From contig JBDRGF010000122.1 in NCBI GenBank assembly GCA_043818055.1, positions 1 to 51,259 of the forward strand: a stretch of DNA of 51,259 bases, written 5' to 3'. Of the stretch, positions 16,289 to 26,381 are shown in pieces (within the stretch, counting starts at the first letter, position 1; each line of letters opens with the position of its first letter). Under the pieces are notes generated by a model. It saw only the letters and a list, made by a program, of their open reading frames with translations. It was not told the origin of the DNA and searched no databases. Both the position numbers and the translations under genes were made by a program. Origin of the DNA: Pseudomonadota bacterium (GTDB lineage: Bacteria; UBA10199; 2-02-FULL-44-16; JBDRGF01).

Positions 16289-19200
16289 TCAATATGAAGC
16301 AGATCTTCTTCTCCTCCTCATATAGCCTATTCCAATCCCCAACAGCGAAATTGCGATTATCAGATAGTGTACCAGTGCTGCCGACTTTTCATTTCCTAAT
16401 GCTGAGCAGCCGCATCCGTGACCGGCTGCTACGAAACTTAACGGTTTCGATGCAACGGCGAAAGGAGTCACGTACGGATCACCTGTTACCTTGTCCTGAA
16501 CTATCATATAATCGTTGTCACCGAGGCCTACTAAAAGAGCTGTTCCTTTAGTCCCTTTCGCCACCCTATTATCGATCTCAGTAAGGTATTCTTCAAATGT
16601 GAGCGTATCCTCATCTGCCTTTTTCATATCGCCAAGGCCTGAGAACCTTCCTGCTAATGATTTCGGGGTGGCCCTGATATTTGTTACGATGGCGTTTGTT
16701 CCAAGTCCCGTTTGTTGGCTATCAGCCATCGCATCGACACCGCTTGAGACTGTAACAACTTTATTGATTATTGTTGTGCCATTCGACTCTGATAGATCGG
16801 TTACGGGATAATTTTGATACTTTTGTAACACTGAAGGAACATTTGAAGCACTCATCAGTGGCAAGGTTATGCTTCCTTGAGCTGTTGGAAGTGGAGCGAG
16901 AAGCAGATTATCGATTCCCATCGATTTCATAGTCGGAAGGGGTTCAAAGTCTTTAGTGAAATCCCTGTTGGAGATATCACCTGCCGTCTGGAAGATGGCA
17001 AATTTGTTCCCTTTACCGACTCCCGGCAATCTGCTGCCGGCGGGAGCAAGGCTTGGGGAAACAGATTGCTTTGTCTGAGCCGCTAGAGGAAAGAAGCATC
17101 TGACGGTTATAGTCGAGTAGCTAGGTTCCCCGATGTGGCGATAATGTGTGAGTCCTGTCTTCAATACAACTTCATCCACCATCTCCTTATAAAGCTCAGC
17201 AATCTCGGCATCGGAATATCCAGAGACCTCAGCTGTGCATGTTGGCTCAGTCGCTGATACATATTTTGGTACTTCTTTAACAATTGCGCCCGGGGATTCG
17301 CATATGCAGTCGGTGCTGCATATCTGATCAGGTTTACATACCCTGTTGTCAGCATTGCATTCATCACCTTTGGTGAGAGGGCCAAATCTCTGGCACTCTA
17401 GTACATCTTTGTTGATTACAACAGTCACTTCACCTTGTCCCTGCATGATCATTCCACGAGGGGAAAGGCCTTTGAAGGTTTTAAATCCACCGGGTGGTTG
17501 AGGAACAACAAACCTAGATGGAACAACAGCCACAGCCGGGCGAACATTAGCGACTATATTATGTTCAACTCTTATAGATCCTTGAATCGGCTGTCTGAAT
17601 TCCTCCCTCATCTCTGCATGTATTTGATTACTTGGAGGAGGCGGTTGATTCAGTGCGGATAAATCAATTCTATTTTCAATCGGCTTAGCCAGATCACGCG
17701 CACGGTTTGAAATATTCTGATCATCGGAGAGTTGAGGTTGTTGAGCGAGATTCTGGCCCCCCAGATTATCGCCAGATGGTAGTTCTCCCATCTGGTTCGA
17801 TGCTTGGTCAACGGATTGAGGTATCGGGATTGCAGTTAGATCGTATCCCAAGAATTTAACCATGCCATAGAAGAGCATTGACGCTATGATATCTGTTGGA
17901 TTCTCAGGTTGAAACATAGCCTTGTTGATGTATGATATCAACTCATCTGATTTTACTATAAATTCATCAGTTGTCCCTTCAGGAGCCTCAATGCGCTGCA
18001 TCTTTTCAACAATCTGATCACGAATATGTGTAAGCATCATCGGTTGTGTTGCATCGGTAGCATATCCTATATCGTCTGCATCCGCCTGGGCTAGCAGCAA
18101 ATTGGTGTTTATTTCAGATATCGTCACATCATTCATAGCCAGCATGAGTGTTTTTTCAACAGAGGGGGCAAACACTGCAGAAGTGCAAGCGGGGTTATTT
18201 GCCGAATGATTCCATGGAATAGGTGTAAGAGGATCAGGTTCTGGTATAGATACCGGTTGACGGCGTTTTGCTGGTTGTGCTTTTTTGACTTTTGTTTTTT
18301 TGACACCTATATTCCCACATTTATCGATATTACATGGATCCAAACAACATTCATGATCAGGGGGAAGAGCAATTTCGTCTCCTTGAATTTTACAGACTTC
18401 GATCTTCTGGCATGATGCTGAATAGTAATAAGGGGCATTCTTATCAGCGAATGGATAACTAGCAACTTTTTGCACCTTATCTATCAATCTGGCACTTGGC
18501 GTGGCGAGCTGTTCCATTACTTTAGGCAAATAATAATATAGATGAGACAACAACGTATCCGTCGGGCTATCAGCGCACTCCGGGTCTTTGGCATTATTAC
18601 AGCATATCGGCCTTAAGGACAATGGCTGTTTGTTTGTGACTGCTGCTATGTTAGGTAGCGGATCATCAACATCGATGCTCGCAACACCCATTATTCCATC
18701 TTCAAGACCACTAACGAATTTAATAGGATCAACACTCTTTCCTCTTGTAAAACCGACCGGAATCATCTTTTTTTCGACAAACAGCGGTCCAAACGCAGCA
18801 TGTACTTGTCCCGCTGATTTGTTGATATCCCCTTTCACTGGTTGTGCAACTACATCGCCCATGAGAATATCTGATTTTCCATCCTTATCGATATCAGAGA
18901 TTTCAACTGCTGCAATCTGTGAAGTAGCTAAATAAGCTGGTATATACCGTGGAACGAGATTTGGATATTGAGCTGAGTTGGCCTCTGTTACAAAAATGAT
19001 ATTTCCATTTGCATCATTTGTTCCATAATAGACAGTAACGCCATTCGCAAACATTCTCTGATTGAGATTGTTTCCATTTGCGTCAAGTAAATCGCTTACA
19101 AAATAAACATCTGCAGTCGGATCGGTAAGTCTTTTTTTACGACCCCCTACTTTAAGACCCACCACTTTTGTATTTTTTCCTCTCCAACTCACAACACAGT

Positions 19201-20872
19201 CACTGATATCGTCTACATCGATATTTAAATTTCCACAAGCGATCTGATATGGGGCATATCCCTCGCTGCTATCCAGATTTGGAAATTTATCGACCGGCGG
19301 TGTGATTTCAAATGTTCTAGGAACAGATATATATCTGTTTTCAGAAGTATTTGTGAGATCTAAACAACTTCTTTCGTACATGTTCCGTGAGTGATCTGAG
19401 GGAGAAACCATGTATAGGTAATACTTACCGTCTGAACAATTTTTATTGTAATTTGGACAAGTCGAATCGCCGCTTGCAATCACCAAGCTTTTATCAACGC
19501 CTGCTTTTTTAACTACAGCCATATCCCACGATCCAGGAGGTGCTATGAAAAACATAAGGGGAGCAAATATCTCATTGGGATTTCCAACATTCTGATTGTT
19601 GTTCCAGCCATCAATAATCCCCGTAACTCCTCTGTCGCTTGTCCAGATAGTCCCAAAGGAGAAGTTGGGGTGTGGAATGATGTTTGAAACAGGTGTAAAG
19701 ATCCCATTCTCTTCTATTCCCCATAAATCGCCCCAAGGATGAGCCTTACCGTCTTTGCAGATCCTTGGATTGCCAACATAATTAAGCATGAGTTGTTCAT
19801 TTGGGAGTACAACTCTGTTCAAAATTGCATAACTCGTAATGTAATCTGTAACCTGCACATTGAATTTTTCAACTGCGATCGGGTTTAGATTATGAGCAAG
19901 CATGCTTGCCAAATTGTTAAAAAGATCAATTCCTTGTCCACCTCCTCTTGGCAATTGAAGTGTCGAATAACCGCTGAGTTTCACAGTATCCTGAACCATC
20001 TTTTTAAAAAACACCGTGGGTGATAAATAAGGTAAATTCATTGAAGTTGAAAGAAGATACTTAATCTGGGCAGCACCAACACCCAGAAGCAATTGAGGTG
20101 AAAGATCTAAATTCAACGGGTCATGACTTAAAGTTATTAAACCAGCATCCAAGTTGGCGATATCGTAAGTGATGACATCTTTGATAGAGTACTTGCCCTT
20201 TTCACTCGGATACAAAAATGTCCAGTCGAAAGGAGAAACTTTATTGATCACTGTTCCGGGATATGTAGAAATATCGTATGGTTTTTGATCCTCTCTGCCA
20301 TCACCCAGGAAGGCTTTTTCTAGTGGGTCCTCACCAAAGATTGATTTGAATTCCCCCGGATTCCTAGGAGAACGAATATCAGCAACTTCAAGCTGGTGGC
20401 TTATTGAGTTTGTATCTCCTAAAGAAAATTCCATTCCCAGATAGTATTGACCGTCAACAAATCTGTTGGGAGAAAAACCGTGCATAGCTTTATTTCCAGA
20501 TGAAGTTCCAGTTGCTTCGAGCATTGTATCCCTCGGTTGAACTGTCAGTCTTCTATTCCCTTCATCAGGCACTAGTCCTGGCACAGCAACGACATCACCA
20601 ACTTCGTAATAAGTGCCATCAATCTTAATACGCTTATCCTGTTTGAAATTGTGACTATCGTCAAAGGCGCTGGGATGTGAGAAAAATTTGACATGTGTGG
20701 CATCGGATTTTTTTGGTGTTCCCTGCCCCACCTGTTCGTTAGCTGACCCCACAGGTCTTGGCTCCGAATAGTTCACCCTTCCCTGTTGTGCGATGAGATC
20801 TGGAATAAATAAATTGATTAAAAAGAGGGAAACAACGATTACCGTGGTGAGAGAACCTAATTTCATCTTCAT
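16289..20872 (-). CDS. Large secreted surface protein (1527 aa) with FG-GAP-like motifs and a MYXO-CTERM-like sorting tail; paralog 1
   Basis: Signal peptide; DIDKDGKSDILMG and GNLNIDVDDISD motifs; Cys-rich segments; C-terminal GHGCGCS + hydrophobic helix + RRRRR. Confidence 0.8.
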   Translation of the reverse strand: MKMKLGSLTTVIVVSLFLINLFIPDLIAQQGRVNYSEPRPVGSANEQVGQGTPKKSDATHVKFFSHPSAFDDSHNFKQDKRIKIDGTYYEVGDVVAVPGLVPDEGNRRLTVQPRDTMLEATGTSSGNKAMHGFSPNRFVDGQYYLGMEFSLGDTNSISHQLEVADIRSPRNPGEFKSIFGEDPLEKAFLGDGREDQKPYDISTYPGTVINKVSPFDWTFLYPSEKGKYSIKDVITYDIANLDAGLITLSHDPLNLDLSPQLLLGVGAAQIKYLLSTSMNLPYLSPTVFFKKMVQDTVKLSGYSTLQLPRGGGQGIDLFNNLASMLAHNLNPIAVEKFNVQVTDYITSYAILNRVVLPNEQLMLNYVGNPRICKDGKAHPWGDLWGIEENGIFTPVSNIIPHPNFSFGTIWTSDRGVTGIIDGWNNNQNVGNPNEIFAPLMFFIAPPGSWDMAVVKKAGVDKSLVIASGDSTCPNYNKNCSDGKYYLYMVSPSDHSRNMYERSCLDLTNTSENRYISVPRTFEITPPVDKFPNLDSSEGYAPYQIACGNLNIDVDDISDCVVSWRGKNTKVVGLKVGGRKKRLTDPTADVYFVSDLLDANGNNLNQRMFANGVTVYYGTNDANGNIIFVTEANSAQYPNLVPRYIPAYLATSQIAAVEISDIDKDGKSDILMGDVVAQPVKGDINKSAGQVHAAFGPLFVEKKMIPVGFTRGKSVDPIKFVSGLEDGIMGVASIDVDDPLPNIAAVTNKQPLSLRPICCNNAKDPECADSPTDTLLSHLYYYLPKVMEQLATPSARLIDKVQKVASYPFADKNAPYYYSASCQKIEVCKIQGDEIALPPDHECCLDPCNIDKCGNIGVKKTKVKKAQPAKRRQPVSIPEPDPLTPIPWNHSANNPACTSAVFAPSVEKTLMLAMNDVTISEINTNLLLAQADADDIGYATDATQPMMLTHIRDQIVEKMQRIEAPEGTTDEFIVKSDELISYINKAMFQPENPTDIIASMLFYGMVKFLGYDLTAIPIPQSVDQASNQMGELPSGDNLGGQNLAQQPQLSDDQNISNRARDLAKPIENRIDLSALNQPPPPSNQIHAEMREEFRQPIQGSIRVEHNIVANVRPAVAVVPSRFVVPQPPGGFKTFKGLSPRGMIMQGQGEVTVVINKDVLECQRFGPLTKGDECNADNRVCKPDQICSTDCICESPGAIVKEVPKYVSATEPTCTAEVSGYSDAEIAELYKEMVDEVVLKTGLTHYRHIGEPSYSTITVRCFFPLAAQTKQSVSPSLAPAGSRLPGVGKGNKFAIFQTAGDISNRDFTKDFEPLPTMKSMGIDNLLLAPLPTAQGSITLPLMSASNVPSVLQKYQNYPVTDLSESNGTTIINKVVTVSSGVDAMADSQQTGLGTNAIVTNIRATPKSLAGRFSGLGDMKKADEDTLTFEEYLTEIDNRVAKGTKGTALLVGLGDNDYMIVQDKVTGDPYVTPFAVASKPLSFVAAGHGCGCSALGNEKSAALVHYLIIAISLLGIGIGYMRRRRRSASY

Positions 20873-20912
20873 TTTTTCCTCCGTGTTCTACCCCCCACCA
20901 AGGGGTTTTTAC

Positions 20913-20929
20913 AGCAAGATTGATGCCAA
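20913..20929 (-). promoter_or_regulatory. Putative sigma54 (-24/-12) promoter of paralog 1
   Basis: Minus strand TTGGCATCAATCTTGCT with exact GG-N10-GC spacing, about 40 nt upstream of ATG 20872 (RBS GGAGG). Confidence 0.7.
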
Positions 20930-20931
20930 AA

Positions 20932-20955
20932 GTAGGGGCGGTTTGCGAACCGCTC
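20932..20955. repeat. GTAG-type REP singleton
   Basis: GTAGGGGCGGTTTGCGAACCGCTC. Confidence 0.7.
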
Positions 20956-21041
20956 AAGTTTACCCTTTTAACAAATTACATTAAAAAAACAACTGTTTTA
21001 TGGGATTATGCGATAACCAAAACAAAATACCGGCCGGGTTT

Positions 21042-22301
21042 CTATTCCAAAAGCAACTTCCACAGGGGCTTCACTTCAAACTTCTTGCCTGCATATATTT
21101 CCGTTCCCTCTGTATCGAGAGTAACTATCATCAGATTGTCGCATTTCAACTCTTCGGACGCTTCATAGAGCGCACTCATCTCCCTCTCCCTGGTCTTACT
21201 CTCTCCCATAGCGTAGCAGACCTGTATGAGTGAGTCTATGTTGATCCCTCTTCTTATGACAAAATCGATTTCTTTTTTATTCTTTGTCTTATAATAAAAG
21301 AGTTCCCGGTTTGGCCTGTGTCCCTTTCTCAATGCCCATTGAAAAACTGTATTTTCCATGAATTTCCCAAGATTCGGCACGATTCCAAAGGCAACAGCAT
21401 GGACAAGACCATTGTCGGTCACATATATCTTGCGGGGGGAGCGCAGCTGCTCTTTTAATTTGTAATCAAAACGATTGAGCGAAAAAAACAGATAGCACTC
21501 CTCAAGATATCCTAAAAATTTCTGCACCGTCCTGACACTTCTGAACGAAAGTGCTCTTTTGAGGCTATTCAAAGAATATTCTGAACAAAAATTGGATATG
21601 AGATAGATCGCAAGGTTGTATAAATCCTGCGCGAACCTCACCTTATACCTCTTTACTATATCTTTAAACAGTATCGCTTCAAACAGAGTAGTGAGATACG
21701 GTTTTACATCCAGAAGCTTAGTCACTGGTTCTGGATAACCTCCATAGAGCAGATAGGATTCCAAATGGCCGATGAGTTTCCCCTTTTCCTCCGGCAGGAG
21801 AATGTCTTTATACAAAAATCCCCTTGCGGATAAATATTCCTTAAAGCTGAAAGGAAATACTTCTATCGGTATATATCTGCCGGTAAGTGATGTGGCCAAT
21901 TCCTTGCTGAGAAGATTTGCATTGGAACCTGTTAAAATCAGGTTGTATCCCCTTCGATGTAGTTTATTTACAAAGAGTTCCCATTTATCCAGATTTTGAA
22001 TTTCATCGAAAAAAAGATATTTTGCATCGTGATAAACCGAAAAAATTGCCTTAAGCAGTTCGTCATAGTTTTTGATCTTGAGAATATTCTCATCGTCAAA
22101 ATTGACATATGCAAAATCTCTCCCCTTTAAAAGCATAAGGGAAAAGACAGATTTTCCGGCACGCCTTGGCCCCATTATCGCTTTGATCAGCGGCGATTCC
22201 AAATCGCTATGATATTTTGCCAGATTTTCCCTTTCAATAAAATCCTGTGCAACTATCCTCTCAATCTCAGCCTTATCCTGTAATATCGCCTCTTTTATCA
22301 T
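21042..22301 (-). CDS. AAA_14 family ATPase with C-terminal DUF4143-like domain
   Basis: GPRRAGKS (Walker A), FFDEIQ (Walker B), LTGSN, LTGR, GGYP, KIY..DNGL, G..MEN.V, YYKT....EIDFV. Confidence 0.88.
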   Translation of the reverse strand: MIKEAILQDKAEIERIVAQDFIERENLAKYHSDLESPLIKAIMGPRRAGKSVFSLMLLKGRDFAYVNFDDENILKIKNYDELLKAIFSVYHDAKYLFFDEIQNLDKWELFVNKLHRRGYNLILTGSNANLLSKELATSLTGRYIPIEVFPFSFKEYLSARGFLYKDILLPEEKGKLIGHLESYLLYGGYPEPVTKLLDVKPYLTTLFEAILFKDIVKRYKVRFAQDLYNLAIYLISNFCSEYSLNSLKRALSFRSVRTVQKFLGYLEECYLFFSLNRFDYKLKEQLRSPRKIYVTDNGLVHAVAFGIVPNLGKFMENTVFQWALRKGHRPNRELFYYKTKNKKEIDFVIRRGINIDSLIQVCYAMGESKTREREMSALYEASEELKCDNLMIVTLDTEGTEIYAGKKFEVKPLWKLLLE

Positions 22302-22311
22302 TTTTACTCCC

Positions 22312-22377
22312 TAGTGAACAAAAAACGTATATTTTGTTCACTACAGTGAATATAATGCACAACTATGAGTATGTAAA
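22312..22377 (-). promoter_or_regulatory. Sigma70-like promoter plus a 12 bp perfect inverted-repeat operator upstream of the ATPase
   Basis: TTTACA-N17-TATATT (22377-22349) and TAGTGAACAAAA-N8-TTTTGTTCACTA (22312-22343) next to the RBS. Confidence 0.6.
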
Positions 22378-22382
22378 GGAGT

Positions 22383-22489
22383 TTTTAGGCTGAGTGTGAC
22401 ATTCTTTTAACCCGGGAACTTCAGCCACAAAGTATCCATCCTCATCCCTCTCTAATAATCACATTAAATACTCTTTTTTGATCCTCATA
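22383..22489 (-). pseudogene. hicB: Frameshifted, truncated hicB fragment
   Basis: Minus strand reads ..KRVFNVII / (frameshift) ERDEDGYFVAEVPGLKECHTQPK, closely matching the intact hicB at 28129-28353. Confidence 0.8.
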
Positions 22490-22632
22490 TACACACCTCT
22501 TTTCAGCACGCATATTGAAAGTAAAGTCAATATCGTACTTCTAATCTTTTTAAAACCAAACTTATTCCCTTGACATTCATAGTATCTGGAAATAGCGATA
22601 AAACTTACATTAAAAGGGAGTCGGAGGATAAT

Positions 22633-24174
22633 ATGGTGCTGCCGGTTATCATAGGCTTAGGAATAGTGGCATTGCTATTGAAGGGATGTAGTCCCCAGGG
22701 CTATGTCGAAACCAAAGGAAAGAGATACAAACCCATGGGGGATGAAGATGGTGACGGGGTAAAAAACATCGTCGATCGCTGCATGTTCAAAAAAGGGCCG
22801 CATTCCAACAGCGGTTGCCCTCTTCCGGTAGCATATGAAAAACTTAAAGAGGGAAAATATTACGAAGTGACTAAGCCGGACGGGGGAACGGAGAAAGTAC
22901 CACCACCGGAAACTGAGCCTGTTAAAGAGTCGTCTCCCGCGGAAAAAGCACAATCAGAAGAGGCAACTAAGCCAGAGACCCAGCCACCGAAAGAGACCAC
23001 GCCGGAAAAACCGGGCAGCTGTATCAACGGTACTGCTCCGGCTACAAAGGTGTGGACGAGGCAATTTGGAAGGAGTGGATATGACAGTGCTATTGGGATT
23101 GCAATTGATAATAACGAAAATATTTATATTGCTGGTACTGTAAGTGAAAGATACCCAGGAACAAGTTGTAATATTTTTTTAGCAAAATATAATTCATCAG
23201 GAAAACAAGTTTGGACATCAGAAACAGGCATTCCATATAAAGGTGATGGAGCCAGCGGTATTTGTATAGACGCACTTGGAAACATTTACGTTGCTGGTTC
23301 CACTGACGGTGATTTAGATGGTAATAAAAGTGCAGGTGGAACCGATATTGTCCTGATTAAATTTGATCCTTCGGGAAAAAAACTTTGGACTCAACAAATT
23401 GGAGGCACCAATGCTGATGAATCTCAAGGTGTCGCCAGTTATAGTACTAACATCTATATCACAGGAGAAACAAGGGGTGATCTCAATGGAAACAAAAATG
23501 CAGGATACAATGACGTTTTCCTTATAAAATTCCAAAACGACAAACAAATTTGGACTAAACAGTTTGGGACAACCGATCGCGATTCACCACATGGCATCGC
23601 AATAGATAAAGATGAAAATATCTATTTGACAGTGACAAGTCATGGAGATTTCGATGGAATCAAAAATATGGGGCAAAACGACATTTTTCTCGTTAAATAC
23701 AACTCATCAGGTCAAAGAATTTGGACTCGTCAAATAGGAACAGCGGATCTAGATGGTTTTGCAAAAGTTGTTATAGACAAGAATGGGAATATTATCATTA
23801 CTGGAACGAGATTTGTAAGAAAATATTCATCCTCTGGCAACGAAATATGGACAATTCCAATAACAACATCCACATGGTTTCCCCCCGCAGCATCTATAGA
23901 TAACTATGGAAATATTTATCACACCGGTGGTATCTTTGGCGACTTAGATGGGAATAAGAATGCGGGCGACGATGATGTTTTTTTAATCAAATATGACTCA
24001 TCAGGAAAAAAACTTTGGACACAGTTGATGGGAACACCAAGCGAAGATCATGCTTATGACATAGCCACATATGGTGCAAATATCTACATCACAGGCTCTA
24101 CGACAGGAGATTTAGACGGCAACAAAAATGCCGGAGAAGAAGACATCTTCCTAACCAAATTCACATGCCAGTGA
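22633..24174 (+). CDS. Putative lipoprotein with a TSP3-like motif, Pro/Glu linker and SBBP-type beta-propeller repeats
   Basis: ATG 22633 after GGAGG; lipobox-like LLKG-C; DEDGDGVKNIVDRC; repeats of IAID...NIY..G.T.GDL.GNKNAG..D.FL.K. Confidence 0.8.
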   Translation: MVLPVIIGLGIVALLLKGCSPQGYVETKGKRYKPMGDEDGDGVKNIVDRCMFKKGPHSNSGCPLPVAYEKLKEGKYYEVTKPDGGTEKVPPPETEPVKESSPAEKAQSEEATKPETQPPKETTPEKPGSCINGTAPATKVWTRQFGRSGYDSAIGIAIDNNENIYIAGTVSERYPGTSCNIFLAKYNSSGKQVWTSETGIPYKGDGASGICIDALGNIYVAGSTDGDLDGNKSAGGTDIVLIKFDPSGKKLWTQQIGGTNADESQGVASYSTNIYITGETRGDLNGNKNAGYNDVFLIKFQNDKQIWTKQFGTTDRDSPHGIAIDKDENIYLTVTSHGDFDGIKNMGQNDIFLVKYNSSGQRIWTRQIGTADLDGFAKVVIDKNGNIIITGTRFVRKYSSSGNEIWTIPITTSTWFPPAASIDNYGNIYHTGGIFGDLDGNKNAGDDDVFLIKYDSSGKKLWTQLMGTPSEDHAYDIATYGANIYITGSTTGDLDGNKNAGEEDIFLTKFTCQ

Positions 24175-24198
24175 TTTGAAGTTTGAAAGAAAAACACC

Positions 24199-25572
24199 AT
24201 GGAAATCAAAAACAAACATCACAGCTTAAACGTCGGAACGCTAATCAGCCCCATATCCATCGGAGATTCTGAAATTGAGGTCGGTTATAAATTTGGCCTT
24301 GTAAAATCGAATTTCGTACTTAGCTTCGGCGCCGGTCTTAGCCTCTCTCCTTTTCAGGGAGGTCCAGTCAAATCTGAAGGCAACAGCAAGGCAGGTATCT
24401 CGGAGTGGTCGGCTCAAAAAGACAGCCAAATTTCATTCTCAGGTCAGATTTCAGGTATGTGGCATCCTATTAAAGGCCGTTTTGGCATCGTTGGATTTGG
24501 ATTGCAGGGCGATGTTGGATATTTTTATCGTTCAGGCGACACAGTCGCAATGAAACCCGATAACGCCACCGAGAATGCAAACTACGGCACGGCAGTTGAA
24601 CCCACAATTTTTGATCCCATGTCAAACGGCCTCGTCATCCAGGGGTTGCTATTTCAGGGGAGTATCATAGCGGAATATCTCATTCCAAAGAGTTTTTTGG
24701 CGTTATATCTCAAAGGTACGATTCAGGGCTATCTCCCACTCTCCTCCTCCGTTGAAGCTGTTTCATGGGGGAATCTGTCTATAGCGCTTGGGATTATATT
24801 TTACATCAATTCATCATCGACGAAACCCGCAAAGGATATTGCAGTTAAGAAACCAGAAATACCAATAGTAACTCCCCCTGCCCCAAGGGTTGTAATTTCA
24901 ATTGTTACGCCACTTGTTAAACCAGCCACAAAAATCGAACCTTTGCCGCCAAGAGTTCCAACTCAAAATCATTTAAATATTTTCAAGAAGGCATATCGCG
25001 ACGAAATCAAAACCGCATACAGGGCAAACATGGCATCGAAAGAGGCGTTGCAGAAAGCGAAATGGAAATTGATAGTCGAGGCTAAGAAGTTTTTACGATT
25101 AGCCTATCTGGCAAGAAAAGAGAGACTTTCACTTAAAAAGAAAGAAACAAATTCTTTTGATCAACTCACTCAAAAAGAAAAACTGCTTTTAAATAAACTT
25201 GTAAAAGGTGCGAAATCGCTAAGACAAATGGCCAAATCAAATCTCAAAGCTGTCGAAGAAAAGTTGTTATTGGATCGAGCCACGAGAAACGTCAGGATAA
25301 ATTCAAAGGAAGTTCTGGATTTTGCAAATAAGGCTCTAAAAAAGGCGACCGACTCGAAGGTTAAAGATGATCCAAGGATGAAGATGATCGCCGGAAGATC
25401 AAAAAAAATCATCAAGGAATTAAGGAGTATAAAAAAACGAGCAGATGAGGCGGTGAAAAATAAATCGTTGCGGAAAGTGAAGATCTTCATCAGACAGATC
25501 GTAAAACTAAAAACGAAAACCAGGAAACTTTTTAAAAGCGCCGATGCAATCTACAGAAGCATTGGATATTAA
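24199..25572 (+). CDS. Hypothetical protein (beta-strand-rich N-half, Pro-rich linker, Lys-rich helical C-half)
   Basis: 457 aa ORF in operon-like spacing; no recognisable family. Confidence 0.65.
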   Translation: MEIKNKHHSLNVGTLISPISIGDSEIEVGYKFGLVKSNFVLSFGAGLSLSPFQGGPVKSEGNSKAGISEWSAQKDSQISFSGQISGMWHPIKGRFGIVGFGLQGDVGYFYRSGDTVAMKPDNATENANYGTAVEPTIFDPMSNGLVIQGLLFQGSIIAEYLIPKSFLALYLKGTIQGYLPLSSSVEAVSWGNLSIALGIIFYINSSSTKPAKDIAVKKPEIPIVTPPAPRVVISIVTPLVKPATKIEPLPPRVPTQNHLNIFKKAYRDEIKTAYRANMASKEALQKAKWKLIVEAKKFLRLAYLARKERLSLKKKETNSFDQLTQKEKLLLNKLVKGAKSLRQMAKSNLKAVEEKLLLDRATRNVRINSKEVLDFANKALKKATDSKVKDDPRMKMIAGRSKKIIKELRSIKKRADEAVKNKSLRKVKIFIRQIVKLKTKTRKLFKSADAIYRSIGY

Positions 25573-25580
25573 GAACATCA

Positions 25581-26381
25581 ATGTCAAACGCTTGTGCAAA
25601 TTTAAAGATACCAGCCGGAATCAACTCCTCCCGCACTGCTTATGAGTGGTGGCTGAAAATCAAATCCGGTCAACAACTTCCTTCAGGAAAGATTGACAAT
25701 CAGGGACTCGATATTTCGATTTTTCGAGAGAAAAATAAATTGAAACGCTTTAAAAGGTTGATCTCTGTCAACCCAGCGCTTCTGAAAAGTTTTAACCGAC
25801 ATGTTTTGAGTTTTGTGAGAGATTTCAGAGGAGACCTCAATGTTGATAAGGGAAAAGGTTTAAGAAGTGCCGATCTGATCACTGCCAAGGAGGTCAAGGC
25901 TTTGGCGAATATGCTCTTTTCCGAACAGGGGGCAGAGGATGTGATTGTCGATATTTCTGTTTCGATCTATCTGATGAAAAATCTTCTTTTCCTTGATCCG
26001 GCTGGATTAAAGAACTCCCGGACAATGCGGGAGGCGTATCTCATATCCAAAATGAAAGGCAAAAATGTAATCCCCGTTACATTGGGAACAGAATATAAAC
26101 CCTCTATGATAGGATGTTTCAAAGAACTGACTAAAAAGAATCCAAAATTGCTGATGGACTGGAAGCGTACGAAGCGGGAAAAGGACAAAATAAGATCAAA
26201 TTCATTCCATGTGCTTTTTAAAGCGATGATGCCTGAAATCAGGAAGATAAAACAAATTCAGCGCAAAACAGAAATAAGAAAGCCTCTAAAAATAAGAGAG
26301 ACAAAAAAGACCAAAACAGCCAGGGTGCTACTCGGTGTAGCCCTCTCCATTGCGCTGATTTTGTTATTGGTTCTGATATGA
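25581..26381 (+). CDS. Hypothetical basic protein with a C-terminal transmembrane anchor
   Basis: 266 aa ORF ending in VLLGVALSIALILLLVLI; its stop overlaps the kinase start (ATGA). Confidence 0.65.
   Translation: MSNACANLKIPAGINSSRTAYEWWLKIKSGQQLPSGKIDNQGLDISIFREKNKLKRFKRLISVNPALLKSFNRHVLSFVRDFRGDLNVDKGKGLRSADLITAKEVKALANMLFSEQGAEDVIVDISVSIYLMKNLLFLDPAGLKNSRTMREAYLISKMKGKNVIPVTLGTEYKPSMIGCFKELTKKNPKLLMDWKRTKREKDKIRSNSFHVLFKAMMPEIRKIKQIQRKTEIRKPLKIRETKKTKTARVLLGVALSIALILLLVLI

Noticed and set aside
22570..22602. Promoter of the plus-strand island (TTGACA at 22570, or a sigma28-like GCGATAA at 22595)
   Set aside because: TTGACA lacks a good -10 at 17 nt spacing and the sigma28-like box lacks a convincing -35, so neither call is supported.
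23060..24170. Diversity-generating or DNA-level tandem repeat system in the SBBP gene
   Set aside because: The repeats are diverged protein-level propeller blades. I saw no reverse transcriptase or template/variable repeat pair.
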